Shown: positions 51,723 to 61,900 of the stretch, piece after piece
Numbering within the stretch: position 1 is the stretch's first letter
Layout: each line of letters begins with the position of its first letter
Source: an uncultured delta proteobacterium
GTDB taxonomy: Bacteria; Myxococcota_A; Polyangia; Fen-1088
Direction of reading: 5' to 3'
Assembly (NCBI GenBank): GCA_963796685.1
Contig: CAWCMR010000025.1
Location: 1,184,001-1,248,000, forward strand
DNA: 64,000 nt
The notes under the pieces: generated by a model
What the model was told of the DNA's origin: nothing
The model's database searches: none
Seen by the model: the letters and a program-made list of their open reading frames with translations, nothing else
Translations under genes and position numbers: made by a program

Positions 51723-51954
51723 GCGCATTCCAAGGCCGAACCCCGGGCAATGGCGTAGAACCGCCGTGCTTCGCGGTCCTCCATCGTGCCCTTGCCGCTC
51801 CTTCGGCGATGTTGAGCGGAACCGAGAGCGCGGCCCGACGAAGCTGGTCAGCCAGAGCGCTGTGGCCGCAGGGAACCTGCTCGGCCAGCGTCGAAGCCAC
51901 ACCCAAGAACGTCACCGCGCAACGATACACATCGAGTTTCTGAAAGCCGAACAT
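51723..51954 (-). pseudogene. Four-helix-bundle (IVP/bAvd-like) protein, frameshifted and truncated
   Basis: FQKLDVY...DQLRRAALSVPLNIAEG, shift near 51800, then RFYAIARGSALECA. Confidence 0.8.
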
Positions 51955-52075
51955 GCATGACTATCGGCAACGCGACAGAAAAGTTGCTCGGCCACGGCCA
52001 CGGCCACGGCATCCATCTTCACCCAATGGGTGACGGCTTTGTCGCACCAAAGGTCAAGCACCACGGCTGGTTAGC

Positions 52076-52107
52076 CCCTGATCCCGCGCCTTGGCGCGGG
52101 ATCAGGG
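52076..52107. repeat. Perfect 15-bp inverted repeat
   Basis: CCCTGATCCCGCGCC-tt-GGCGCGGGATCAGGG. Confidence 0.85.
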
Positions 52108-52110
52108 TTA

Positions 52111-53401
52111 GGCCATGCACCAGAATTAACTCGTCAACTTCGCCAAAGTGTGACTATATTGCCGGGTGCTTCGCAACGAGGGACTGGAGGCCGCAGTCGT
52201 AAGCAAGTATTCGGCAATCGCGGCTGTGCTTGACGAGCGAGCGCGTCGGCTTTGGGCAGCCGCCGAGTCGCGTGCGATCGGATATGGTGGGGATGCACTT
52301 GTGTCCGCGGCGACTGGCCTGGCACGAGACACGGTTCGTCGCGGTCGATTGGAGATCGAGGAGGGAGTCTCCGCTACAGGCCGAGTTCGTCGCGTTGGAG
52401 CCGGGCGGCCAAGCTTCAAGAAGACGCAACAAGGTCTGGAAGTGGCGCTGGAGAGACTGGTGGACCCGCTCACACGCGGCGATCCCATGTCGCCACTGCG
52501 ATGGACGTGCAAGAGCCGAGCGAAGCTGGCCGCGGCGCTCTCGGCGGATGGCTGGACGGTGAGTTCAACGACCGTGGGGCGGCTTCTGCACGGCCTTGGC
52601 TATCGCCTGCAGGCTGTGCAGAAGAGCCGTGAAGGAACCTCGCATCCGGACCGCAACGAGCAGTTCGAGTACATCAACGCGACCGCAGAGAGGTATCTGC
52701 GACGCAAACAGCCTGTCGTATCGGTCGACACCAAGAAGAAGGAACTCGTCGGTGATTTCAAGAATGGCGGACGGGAATGGCAACCGAAGGGCACGCCGGA
52801 CAAGGTGCTGGTACACGATTTCCCTGGCGACTCGGTGGGCAAGGCCATCCCGTATGGCGTCTACGATATGGCTCGCAACGAGGCGTGGGTCAGTGTCGGC
52901 CGAGATCACGACACACCCAAGTTCGCGGTTGCTTCGATTCGGCAGTGGTGGAAAACGATGGGTCAGCAGGCGTACCCCGAGGCAAAGAACCTGTTCATCA
53001 CTGCTGACGCCGGAGGAAGCAACGGGTATCGGGCACGCGCCTGGAAGGTCGAATTGCAGAAGTTCGCCGACGACAGCGGATTGCGGATCCGAGTCAGCCA
53101 CTTTCCCCCTGGTACGAGCAAGTGGAACAAGATCGAGCATCGGCTCTTCTGCCACATCACGCAGAACTGGCGTGGCAAGCCATTGCGCACCTTCGAAACG
53201 ATCGTGGATTTGATCGGCAATACGCGAACGGAAGCAGGCTTGCGGGTCAAGGCCAAGCTCGACCTGCGCAAGTACAGTACTGGCGTGGAAGTTTCAGAGA
53301 CTGAGATGCACAGGCTCTCATTGCGACCGCACACGTTCCATGGCGAGTGGAACTACGAGCTGCAACCCCGCGAGTTGACTAGGTAATTAGGATCAAAGGC
53401 C
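52111..53401 (+). mobile_element. Second, divergent ISAzo13-family IS
   Basis: 29-bp imperfect IRs GGCC...AATTA.CT.GTCAACT; flanks TTA / TAA. Confidence 0.88.
52166..53386 (+). CDS. ISAzo13-family transposase
   Basis: GDPMSPLRWT, SVDTKKKE, PPGTSKWNKIEHR. Confidence 0.95.
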   Translation: MLRNEGLEAAVVSKYSAIAAVLDERARRLWAAAESRAIGYGGDALVSAATGLARDTVRRGRLEIEEGVSATGRVRRVGAGRPSFKKTQQGLEVALERLVDPLTRGDPMSPLRWTCKSRAKLAAALSADGWTVSSTTVGRLLHGLGYRLQAVQKSREGTSHPDRNEQFEYINATAERYLRRKQPVVSVDTKKKELVGDFKNGGREWQPKGTPDKVLVHDFPGDSVGKAIPYGVYDMARNEAWVSVGRDHDTPKFAVASIRQWWKTMGQQAYPEAKNLFITADAGGSNGYRARAWKVELQKFADDSGLRIRVSHFPPGTSKWNKIEHRLFCHITQNWRGKPLRTFETIVDLIGNTRTEAGLRVKAKLDLRKYSTGVEVSETEMHRLSLRPHTFHGEWNYELQPRELTR

Positions 53402-53405
53402 TAAG

Positions 53406-54939
53406 CAGCCCGTTGAAAAAGTCCTGGTTCAGAAGGGAGAAGGGTGAGGCGTGGCGGCGGGGTTATCCACACCTGAACGCCTGATCAAGATCGACATGCG
53501 GATCGAGACATGATCAAATGGAGACCATGTCGATGGGCAATCGAGAGGGCGAGCAGAAAGAACTGTTCGTGACCCACCAGCAAATGCGAGGCCCCAGCCA
53601 TCCCTTCTACACGGTGCTGAACCAGGAGCTGGCGAAACACGGGTTCGACAGATATGTGGAGGGGCTCTGTGCGAAGTTCTACGCGAAGAAGATGGGGCGT
53701 CCGAGCCTTCCGCCCGGAGTGTACTTTCGCTGCTTGATGCTGGGCTATTTCGAGGGCATCGACAGCGAGCGAGGCATTGTGTGGCGCGCGGCGGACTCGT
53801 TGAGTCTGCGGGACTTTCTCGGCATCCCTCTGGGACAAGCGACGCCTGACCATTCGACGCTGTCAAAGACGCGAACTCGCATTGACGTGGAAACGCACCG
53901 AGAAGTATTCACGTGGATGCTCGGAGTGCTGGCGGAGCACGGATTGCTGACGGGAAAGACGGTGGGCATCGACGGAACGACGTTGGAGGCGAACGCGGCG
54001 ATGCGGTCGATTGTCCGACGGGACGATGGGCGAAGCTATCAGCAATTTCTCGAAGACCTGGCGCGCGCGTCCGGTGTGGCGACGCCGACACGCGATGATT
54101 TGGCGCGAATGGATCGGAAGCGCAAGGGGAAGAAGACCTCGAACAAGGACTGGTACAACCCGCACGATCCGGACGCGCAAGTGACGAAGATGAAGGACGG
54201 GCGTACGCACATGGGTCACAAGCAAGAGCATGCTGTGGACATGGAGTCGGGCGCCATCGTGGCAGTGACAGTAACCGGTGGGACTGTGGGCGACACGACT
54301 TCGGTCGAAGAAACCATCGAGGAAGCCGCAAAGAATCTCCATGCAGCGGCCGAGAAGAGCAGCGCGAAGGCACGCGCGAATATCGCCGATGGCATCGCCG
54401 AAGCGGTGATGGACAAGGGATACCACAGCAATGGAACAGTGGGATTGATGAGCGCGGCGCTCATTCGCAGCTATATCGCCGAGCCGAAGCGCAAGCGGCG
54501 GCAATGGGAGGGAGACCTCGACACGCGAGACGAGGTGTACGCCAATCGCCGTCGGATACGTGGGAAGCGCGGGCGACGACTGATGCGACTACGGGGCGAA
54601 CTCATCGAACGAAGTTTCGCGCACACCCTTGAAACCGGCGGCATGAGACGAACGCACCTTCGTCACCACGAGAACATACTGAAGCGCGTCCTGGTCCATG
54701 GCGCGGGATTCAACCTCAGTCTCGTGATGCGCGCGCTGCTCGGATTCGGCAAACCAAGGCGCGTCCAGGACGGCTTTGCCGTCGTTTTGGCCAGGTTCTT
54801 GTCCTTCTGGCACCTACCTACCGCATGGATAGCCGTCTTGGGCCGGCGTTCTCGCGGTTCACTCCCCTTGCGGGTCTACAGGGATTTCGTCTACCTCGAC
54901 GGCGTCGCCACGTGAAATGAGCACTTTTTCAACGGGCTG
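53406..54939 (+). mobile_element. IS5/IS1182-like IS
   Basis: Perfect 17-bp IR CAGCCCGTTGAAAAAGT. Confidence 0.88.
53518..54915 (+). CDS. IS5/IS1182-like transposase (DUF772 + DDE)
   Basis: GRPSLPP, PDHSTLS, IDGTTLEANA, DKGY, IERSFA. Confidence 0.88.
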   Translation: METMSMGNREGEQKELFVTHQQMRGPSHPFYTVLNQELAKHGFDRYVEGLCAKFYAKKMGRPSLPPGVYFRCLMLGYFEGIDSERGIVWRAADSLSLRDFLGIPLGQATPDHSTLSKTRTRIDVETHREVFTWMLGVLAEHGLLTGKTVGIDGTTLEANAAMRSIVRRDDGRSYQQFLEDLARASGVATPTRDDLARMDRKRKGKKTSNKDWYNPHDPDAQVTKMKDGRTHMGHKQEHAVDMESGAIVAVTVTGGTVGDTTSVEETIEEAAKNLHAAAEKSSAKARANIADGIAEAVMDKGYHSNGTVGLMSAALIRSYIAEPKRKRRQWEGDLDTRDEVYANRRRIRGKRGRRLMRLRGELIERSFAHTLETGGMRRTHLRHHENILKRVLVHGAGFNLSLVMRALLGFGKPRRVQDGFAVVLARFLSFWHLPTAWIAVLGRRSRGSLPLRVYRDFVYLDGVAT

Positions 54940-55023
54940 TTAGGCGCTGCGCCCTTGCCCTCAGCGCAATTTGTATTTGCAGGTGGCAGGTCGCCGAAAT
55001 ACCCTTGCACGCATCATCCGGTT

Positions 55024-55128
55024 ATGCTGCTGGCGAACGGGCAGGTGCTGGTAGCGGGCGCCGCGCGGGATCTGAAAAGCTCGGAGTTTTACGGCCCCGA
55101 GCACGGAGCCTGGACGGCAACGAAGTAG
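55024..55128 (+). pseudogene. Single kelch-repeat remnant
   Basis: LLANGQVLVAG...SSEFYGPEHGAWT. Confidence 0.5.
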
Positions 55129-55214
55129 TCTTGGTGCCTGGGCTCGGTCGGCGGGATGGCGCTCTGACCAGGCCGCTGCCCTCCAAGCGCACCGGACGCC
55201 GACGTCTGGTCATA

Positions 55215-55686
55215 CCGTCTCGAAGAAGACCGACGAGAAACTGCCAGAACTTCTCCACCGAGCTCGCGCTCACTTGCTCGTCGGGCGAATGGGCGTTCTT
55301 CATGGTCGGGCCGAACGTGCGCGAGGACGCGAATGGCGTTGCCCCTCCCCTTGTGGCGGCAACGCGTTTCACTGGGCGAGTGACCAACGAGTCGAGCCCG
55401 CCGGCGCAACCGATGGTGAGCACATCCTCCTCCTCGCTGTCGAGGTTCAGCAGGATTTCGCCACGCAGCCAGCCAGGAGCGAGGCCCTCGGCGCCGGTCA
55501 AGCCGGTCTCTTCGTCCGCGGTGAGCAGAACCTCGAGCGGACCGTGGTCGACGTCAGTTGCCTCAAGCACAGCCATAGCTGCGGCAACGCCAATTCCGTT
55601 GTCAGCACCCAGCGTGGTTCCGTCGGCGTGTACAATGTTCCCGACGCGCACCAAGCGGAGCGGAGCGGTCATGAAGTCGTGCGCTG
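55215..55686 (-). pseudogene. pepD: M20 aminoacyl-His dipeptidase remnant (N-terminus lost, middle deleted)
   Basis: GTTLGADNGIG, DEETGLTGA, LNLDSEE, GCAGG joined almost directly to FGPT...HSPDE...SVEKFW. Confidence 0.8.
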
Positions 55687-57009
55687 TCACTTGATTTGCG
55701 AAAAGAAGCTCCAGGTATCGTTCGCCCAATTGGAAGGCAGGGTGTGGCCGAGCCCAGGATAGCTGCACTCGACGAACGGATGGGAGCAGTTCGCGTAGGA
55801 GACGCAAGGCGAGGGCGAGGTGGCCGACGAGCTCGATGAGCAGACATTAGCGGTCCGGAATAGCTGACTAGTCGTCGCGAACATTTGGGCAGTGTACGCA
55901 CCGTCGTCATGAGCATCGTGGGTAAATCGGATGGAGGCAGCGCTTTGGGTTGGGCAGGGGTAGTTAGCGTAGGTCTTGTAGTCAGCGGGGTTCGAGAATT
56001 CATCTGAACAAGAGGCCGCCGAAACACCTCGGATCTGATTGCCGCGACAGCACGTCAATGCGGTCACGAAATCACCGCCCCAAGAAAAGCCCGCGACAAA
56101 GACTCGTTTAGGATCCACGCAGTAGGTTGTCTTGATAGCCGACAACATGTTGTCGAAGAAAACCATGTCGTAGCCTCCGCAGAGATCATTCCATCCGACG
56201 CCGTAACCTTGATAGGCTATACCCTGCGGAAATACGAAAATGGAACTGCTGCTGGCACCGGCAGCACTCTGCAGGCCCATGGACTTGGCATCTTTCTCTG
56301 ATCCTCCTGCGCCGTGGAACACGAACGTCACAGACAGTGGAGATCCGGCTGGGTAGCTGGTCGGAACTAGGACTTCGAAATTGCGCATCGTTCCGCTCCC
56401 ATCCTTGGTGGAGAGGTGTCTGTCGCCCGTGGCCTGACCTGTGCTCGTGCACCCGGAGCTACCTGCACTGGCCCCGCCCGACGATGACGGGAGACTGCCG
56501 CCAGAGCCACCCCCGGTCGTCGTGCCTAGGCCCCCGCTGCCGCCTTGTACGCTGGTGGCGGTCGACGATGTGCCACCAGTACCGCTGCCGGAGCTGCCTC
56601 CCGCGCGACCCGAGCTACCACCCAAAGCTGTCGTTGCACCGCCAGAATGGCCACTGCCTCCGGTTCCCGTCCCGGGGCCGCCGCCGGACGCTGATGTTGT
56701 GCCCCCGGCACTGTTGGCGCCGCCGGTTCCGCGTCTCCAGCCACGTCTCAATTTCAAGATCGCGCCGACAGCGCTCTCGGTGGCATCAGTCTCCACCCAC
56801 ACGCTACCATCGGCTACGGAAGTCGCGCTAGCAACACTCGTGCCGCTGCCAATCACTTCGCCAGTGCTGCCACCGCCTGCAGATGGGCTGGCAGACATTG
56901 ATCCTGACTGCTCACTCCAGCAATTTGCGCCCATACCAAGGATTGCAACCATAAGGGAGGCGCTAGCAATAATGCCGAGTTGTGAAGGTCCTGTTCCAAA
57001 CGATTTCAT
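55687..57009 (-). CDS. Secreted alpha/beta-hydrolase, paralog of 47037..48545
   Basis: Signal with GANC, Gly linker, FHGAGG, GFSWG, GLGH. Confidence 0.8.
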   Translation of the reverse strand: MKSFGTGPSQLGIIASASLMVAILGMGANCWSEQSGSMSASPSAGGGSTGEVIGSGTSVASATSVADGSVWVETDATESAVGAILKLRRGWRRGTGGANSAGGTTSASGGGPGTGTGGSGHSGGATTALGGSSGRAGGSSGSGTGGTSSTATSVQGGSGGLGTTTGGGSGGSLPSSSGGASAGSSGCTSTGQATGDRHLSTKDGSGTMRNFEVLVPTSYPAGSPLSVTFVFHGAGGSEKDAKSMGLQSAAGASSSSIFVFPQGIAYQGYGVGWNDLCGGYDMVFFDNMLSAIKTTYCVDPKRVFVAGFSWGGDFVTALTCCRGNQIRGVSAASCSDEFSNPADYKTYANYPCPTQSAASIRFTHDAHDDGAYTAQMFATTSQLFRTANVCSSSSSATSPSPCVSYANCSHPFVECSYPGLGHTLPSNWANDTWSFFSQIK

Positions 57010-57571
57010 TCTTACCTCCAATTCAGTGCGCGTGGGAATTTTGCTGACCGTCGAAGTCAACTATCGGGACAGCTACGATGTTCTCGGAAGAAAGTTGCAG
57101 ATATGAACTCGGTCTCATTAGGATGGCTGCTGTACCCCGTCGACCAAGTGAACTGGTGGGCGACGAACCGTACATGCAAGGAACGAGCCGAATATGCAAA
57201 GGCTGATTCAGCCTCAAAAATCGCCATCATGGGGTACTATGAGACGATTTTTCGAACCAAAGGTTAGTCAACATGATTTGAGCGGGCCATCAATATGAGT
57301 GGATCGCCTTGGCCAGACGGCGCGGGCAAGACCTAGGAAATGAGGCACGCGGCTGCAGCATTTACCGGAGTGTGGGCGCGTTAGCACTTGAAGATCTTGC
57401 GGATTTTTCCTGTTCCCGGTAGCCCGGCAGCCATCAAGCCCCTCCGGTCACATCCAAGCTGACACGGTCAAGGCAGCAATGGGGCGCAGGGAAAGACGCA
57501 TCGGGAATGCTAACGTAGCCACGTCCATCGAGCAGCCCGGCGCAGCTCTTGGACGGGAGGCCATGGTGAGC

Positions 57572-58642
57572 TCAGCGAGCGCAGCGGAAGCCCAGGTCGC
57601 TCATTCGAGTGCTTGGCAGCTGCCGATCGCGCAGGGTGGCCTGGACTCGAGCTGGCAGGAAGTTGCCCCAGCCACCGCCACGGCACACGCGAGGCGCCGC
57701 ATCTGTCGAGGGTGGACGGGGATCGGTCGCCGAGGCGGAGGTGTAGCGCGTATAGCTATCAGCGGTCCACTCCCGGACGTTTCCTGCCATGTCCAGGATG
57801 CCAAACGGACTGGCCCCCTGGGGAAAGCTGCCGACTGGCGCTGTGGTCGGCCAGCCGTCATCACCCTTGTAGGTCCCGACCCACACCTCACCAAGTTGTT
57901 GCTTAGCCATTGCCACACATTCGCGTCCGCAGGCATTCACCCGAGCTGGATCTGGATCCTGGTCACCCCAGGGGTACTTGCGACCGTCATCGCCGCGGGC
58001 GGCGAATTCCCATTCGGCCTCAGTCGGCAGGCGGCCACCCGACCACGCGCAGTAGGTTGCCCCTTGTTGCCAATTCACGCAGTTCATGGGGTGTTGATCC
58101 ATGTCGGCCTTTCCCCAGTGACAAAAGAGGCTCCATTGGGGCCAGCGCTCGGAGGAGTAGCGCGCCCACTGCGCGGTCGTGTTTCCGGGTGGGCAGGCTC
58201 CCGCCTGCACGCAGGCGCGATAGGCTGCGACTGTGACCTCGGTCTTGTCGATGCAGTATTCAGATAGAGTCACCCGATGTTCGGGCCCTTCGTCCTCATC
58301 ACCCTCATGTGAACCCATCAGGAAGCTTCCGCCCGGGATGAATGTCTGGTTGGCAGCGCAATCCAGAATTGGCGAGGTTTGCGTGGGGACCGCCTCGCGC
58401 AAGGTGGCATTGTCCGCCGCTGCCTTGTCCGCCGCTACCTTGTCCGCCGCTATCTGGGGCAGCCGAACCGATGCGGCGGCTTTGGACGAAGTAGGGCTGG
58501 ACTGTGGCGGCTCTGGGACTTCCCAGGAAGTAGCTTCGAGAACCCATGCGACCCCCAGGCCAACCCAAAGGAGCACCTGGAGTGACCGCAGGTTGATTCC
58601 TTTGGTTGACGCGGAATGTTGCGATGGGGCTGGCCCACTCAT
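57572..58642 (-). CDS. FGE-sulfatase/SUMF1-domain protein
   Basis: FLMGS, TEVT, RLPTEAEWEFAARG, DMAGNVREW, RGGGW, GFRCAR; 3 x 15-bp AADK repeat near 58410-58455. Confidence 0.9.
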   Translation of the reverse strand: MSGPAPSQHSASTKGINLRSLQVLLWVGLGVAWVLEATSWEVPEPPQSSPTSSKAAASVRLPQIAADKVAADKAAADNATLREAVPTQTSPILDCAANQTFIPGGSFLMGSHEGDEDEGPEHRVTLSEYCIDKTEVTVAAYRACVQAGACPPGNTTAQWARYSSERWPQWSLFCHWGKADMDQHPMNCVNWQQGATYCAWSGGRLPTEAEWEFAARGDDGRKYPWGDQDPDPARVNACGRECVAMAKQQLGEVWVGTYKGDDGWPTTAPVGSFPQGASPFGILDMAGNVREWTADSYTRYTSASATDPRPPSTDAAPRVCRGGGWGNFLPARVQATLRDRQLPSTRMSDLGFRCAR

Positions 58643-58927
58643 GGCCCTGCAGAGTACTACAGCCCGGACTGAATTTCAGAGAGCCCGAACCGAGAATTGC
58701 CCCGAAGATTGGGGTATTCCTGGGACAGGTCCATCTCGACTTGTTGCCGGTGAGCGAGTTCCTCTCGTATGCTGCATAATCGTCGCTGTTTGCGAAATCG
58801 CTGTGTCTCGACGGGCGAAATGATCTAAAATACGCCCCGGCGGTCGTTGCCCACCATCGTACTGACGCGCGGCGGGGGGCGACCAGAAGTTCTTCGAGTT
58901 TAGGCAATCTATGCGGGGGCTGACACG

Positions 58928-61900
58928 TTGAGCCGACTATCCATACCTTCCCTTTTCGCTCGAGTTGCCAGCGACAATCCCGGTGCTACTGCCCAATGCA
59001 GCTACGCAGCTGACACCTGGCATCGGATTGACTACGCGACCCTTCTCCGGCAAGCCCGGCAGGTTTCTTCGGCGCTGAAGTCCGCTGGCCACAAGCCGGG
59101 AGATGCGGTGGTCCTCCCGTCGGTGCGCACGTCGCACCTTTGCGGACACCTGCTGGGCATTCTGTGGGCGGGCGGCCATTACGTGTTCATCGACCCTCGC
59201 TACCCACGCGAACATCAGGCATTCGTTGCACAAGAATGCGGATCACGGCTCGGACTGCTTGAGGAAGGCAGCCCTTCCCTGGATGTCGCGGTGCACTGGC
59301 TGGGCGTCGATTGGAATAGAGAGCCCCCGGATGATAGCGACCCCAGTCCCGATTCCGAACTACCCGCCTACGTCGTCTTCACGTCTGGCTCGACCGGAAA
59401 ACCCAAGGGGGTCGTGGTCCCGCATCGAGGCGTGGTTCGGTTGGTCCGGGACACCAGCTATATCGAATTTTCCCCCCGCCAGGTTTACCTCCAACTGTCC
59501 GCCTTGAGCTTTGATGCGTCAACGCTCGAGCTCTGGGGTCCGCTGCTCAACGGCGGCACGTGTGTCTTGCACCCAGACTCCGGGGCCACGACCGCTGCAT
59601 CCATCAAAGACAGTCTTGAGTCCCAGGGGGTCACCACGCTGTGGCTCACGTCGTCTCTCTACAACACCATCATCTCAGAGCATCCCGAGGCCATCCGGTC
59701 TGTGCGACAGTTGTTGGTAGGTGGGGAGGCGCTGTCGGTCACACACATTCGGCGTGGCCTGGAGTTGCTGCCCGAAACCCAGATGTTCAACGGGTATGGC
59801 CCGACTGAGAACACGACCTTCACAACAGTCTATCGAATTCCACGCACCCTGCCCGGTGACACCAAGCGTATTCCCATCGGTTTTCCGATCGATGGAACGC
59901 ACTGCGAGATCTTCAACGAGAAACTGGAACCCGAGCTCGACCAAGCCAAGCCCGGTGAGCTCATCGTCTTTGGTGATGGGCTGGCCTTGGGCTATCTGCA
60001 GCGCCCTGAGCTCACCTCCGAGAAATTCGTGGACGTCCACTGTGCCGACGGGCTGAAGCGTCGAGGGTACCGAACGGGCGATCTGGTTCTTCGCAATCCC
60101 GACGGAAGCTATGATTTCGTCGCCCGCAACGACAAGCAAGTCAAAATTGATGGCCATCGCATCGAGCCGGGAGAAATCGAACTGTATCTGAACCAACTGC
60201 CCGCCATTGCAGAAGCGAGGGTTATGCTGCGGGTGGGGCCCGAGGGACAGAAGCGGTTAGCCGCCTATTTCGTCACGAAAGCGCCACTGGATCGCTCAGT
60301 TCTGAGGCAGCAGTTGGAGCAACATTTCCCAGCGCACATGGTTCCTCACTTCTTGCTTCCCATGCAAGCATTGCCCAAGAATCAAAATGGCAAGCTGGAC
60401 GAATCGAAGCTACCAGACCCGTTCGCGGAGACCACGAAGCGACAACACGACCATGCCGCCGTTGCGCAGTGTTGGCGAGAGATTCTTGGGCGTTCAGTCG
60501 AGACCAGCGATAACTTCCTAGACGCGGGGGGAACCTCGCTCGAAGCCTTGCGGCTCGCGGAGAGGCTGGGAACCCGATTCGGCGTGGCACTTCCGGCGAC
60601 CTTCGTTTTCGAGTACCCGACCATCGACAGCCAGAACCGGTATTTTGCCCCGCAGGCGCCCAAAGATACTCTTGTGCATGCCGTCGGAGGATCCCGGATC
60701 CAGTTGGCGATCGTGGGTATGGCTGCACGCTTGCCAGGGGCTCGGGATGTCGAGGAGTACTGGCGCAATCTCCTGACCGGTCAAGAGAGCATCACGTTCT
60801 TCTCCGCCGACGAGTTGGATGCGGCCGTGGACGACCAGGAAAAGTCTCAGCCCACCTACGTCCGCGCCAAGGGGTTGGTCGCGGATTGCGACAAGTTCGA
60901 CGCGCCCTTCTTCGGCGTGTCTCCGATTGAAGCCGACCTGATGGATCCCCAGCATCGGATGCTGCTTGAGCTCGCCTGGCACGCATTGGAGGATGCGGGC
61001 ATTCTTCCCGGTGACGATGGTCGCCGCACGGGTGTATTCGTCGGGGCGAACTGGGCCCGGTACTACCAGCAGAACATCCTGCCCAACGCCGCCGTCATCA
61101 AGCGGGTCGGGGTCCTCGGCGCCGCCCTGGGGAATGAAACGGACTTTCTCTGCACGCGGGTCTCCTACAAGCTCAACCTGAAGGGACCCAGCGTCAACGT
61201 ATACACCGCTTGTTCCACCGGTCTGGTTGCCATAGCGCAGGCTTGCGCCGCGATCGAGCAGGGCCAGTGTGAACAAGCCATCGCTGGGGGAGTATCGCTG
61301 ATAACCCCCGTCAAAAGCGGCTATCTCTACCAGGAAGCGGGCATGCTTTCGAAGGACGGGCACTGCCGTCCATTTGACAAGGCCTCGAACGGCACCACCT
61401 TCAACGATGGTGCTGCGGTCGTGGTGATCAAACGCCTTGACCTCGCCGAGCGTGACCGAGACCGAATCTATGCGGTCATCAAGGGCTACGCCGTCAACAA
61501 CGATGGCGTCGAGAGGGCCAGCTTCACGGCACCAAGCGTGGCCGGACAAGTGGCGGTATACCGCCAGGCGCTTCGCAACGCCTCGGTACCCGCGAGTTCT
61601 ATCGGATTCGTCGAGACCCATGGAACCGCAACCCCGCTGGGAGATCCCATCGAAGTTGAATCGCTTCGACAAGCCTTCGATATGCAGGGTGTCCCAGAGA
61701 AGTCCTGTGCACTGGGCTCGGCAAAATCGAACATCGGGCATGTGATCCACGCCGCGGGTGCAGCGGGGTTCATCAAGGCTGTCCTCGCGGTGAAACACAA
61801 TCAGATTCCCGCCACCCTGTTCTTCACTGAGCCCAACCCCAAGCTGCAGCTCGACAAGACACCCTTCTTTGTCAACAACATGACCACCTCATGGGCCATC

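Noticed and set aside
51451-51954. Novel 167-aa fusion protein
   Set aside because: Artifact of a frameshifted four-helix gene reading into an IS1380 remnant.
52070-52114. Integron attC site (ends in GTTAGGC)
   Set aside because: No RYYYAAC inverse core, no extrahelical bases, no integrase; the GGC belongs to the IS end.
57061-57571. Riboswitch or ncRNA in the long intergenic region
   Set aside because: Only a weak AAAAATCG...CGATTTTT stem; no recognisable family motif. No tRNA or rRNA seen anywhere in the window.
51723-58642. Diversity-generating retroelement (Avd-like four-helix protein plus FGE-sulfatase target)
   Set aside because: No reverse transcriptase and no template repeat matching the FGE C-terminus seen; the four-helix gene is broken.
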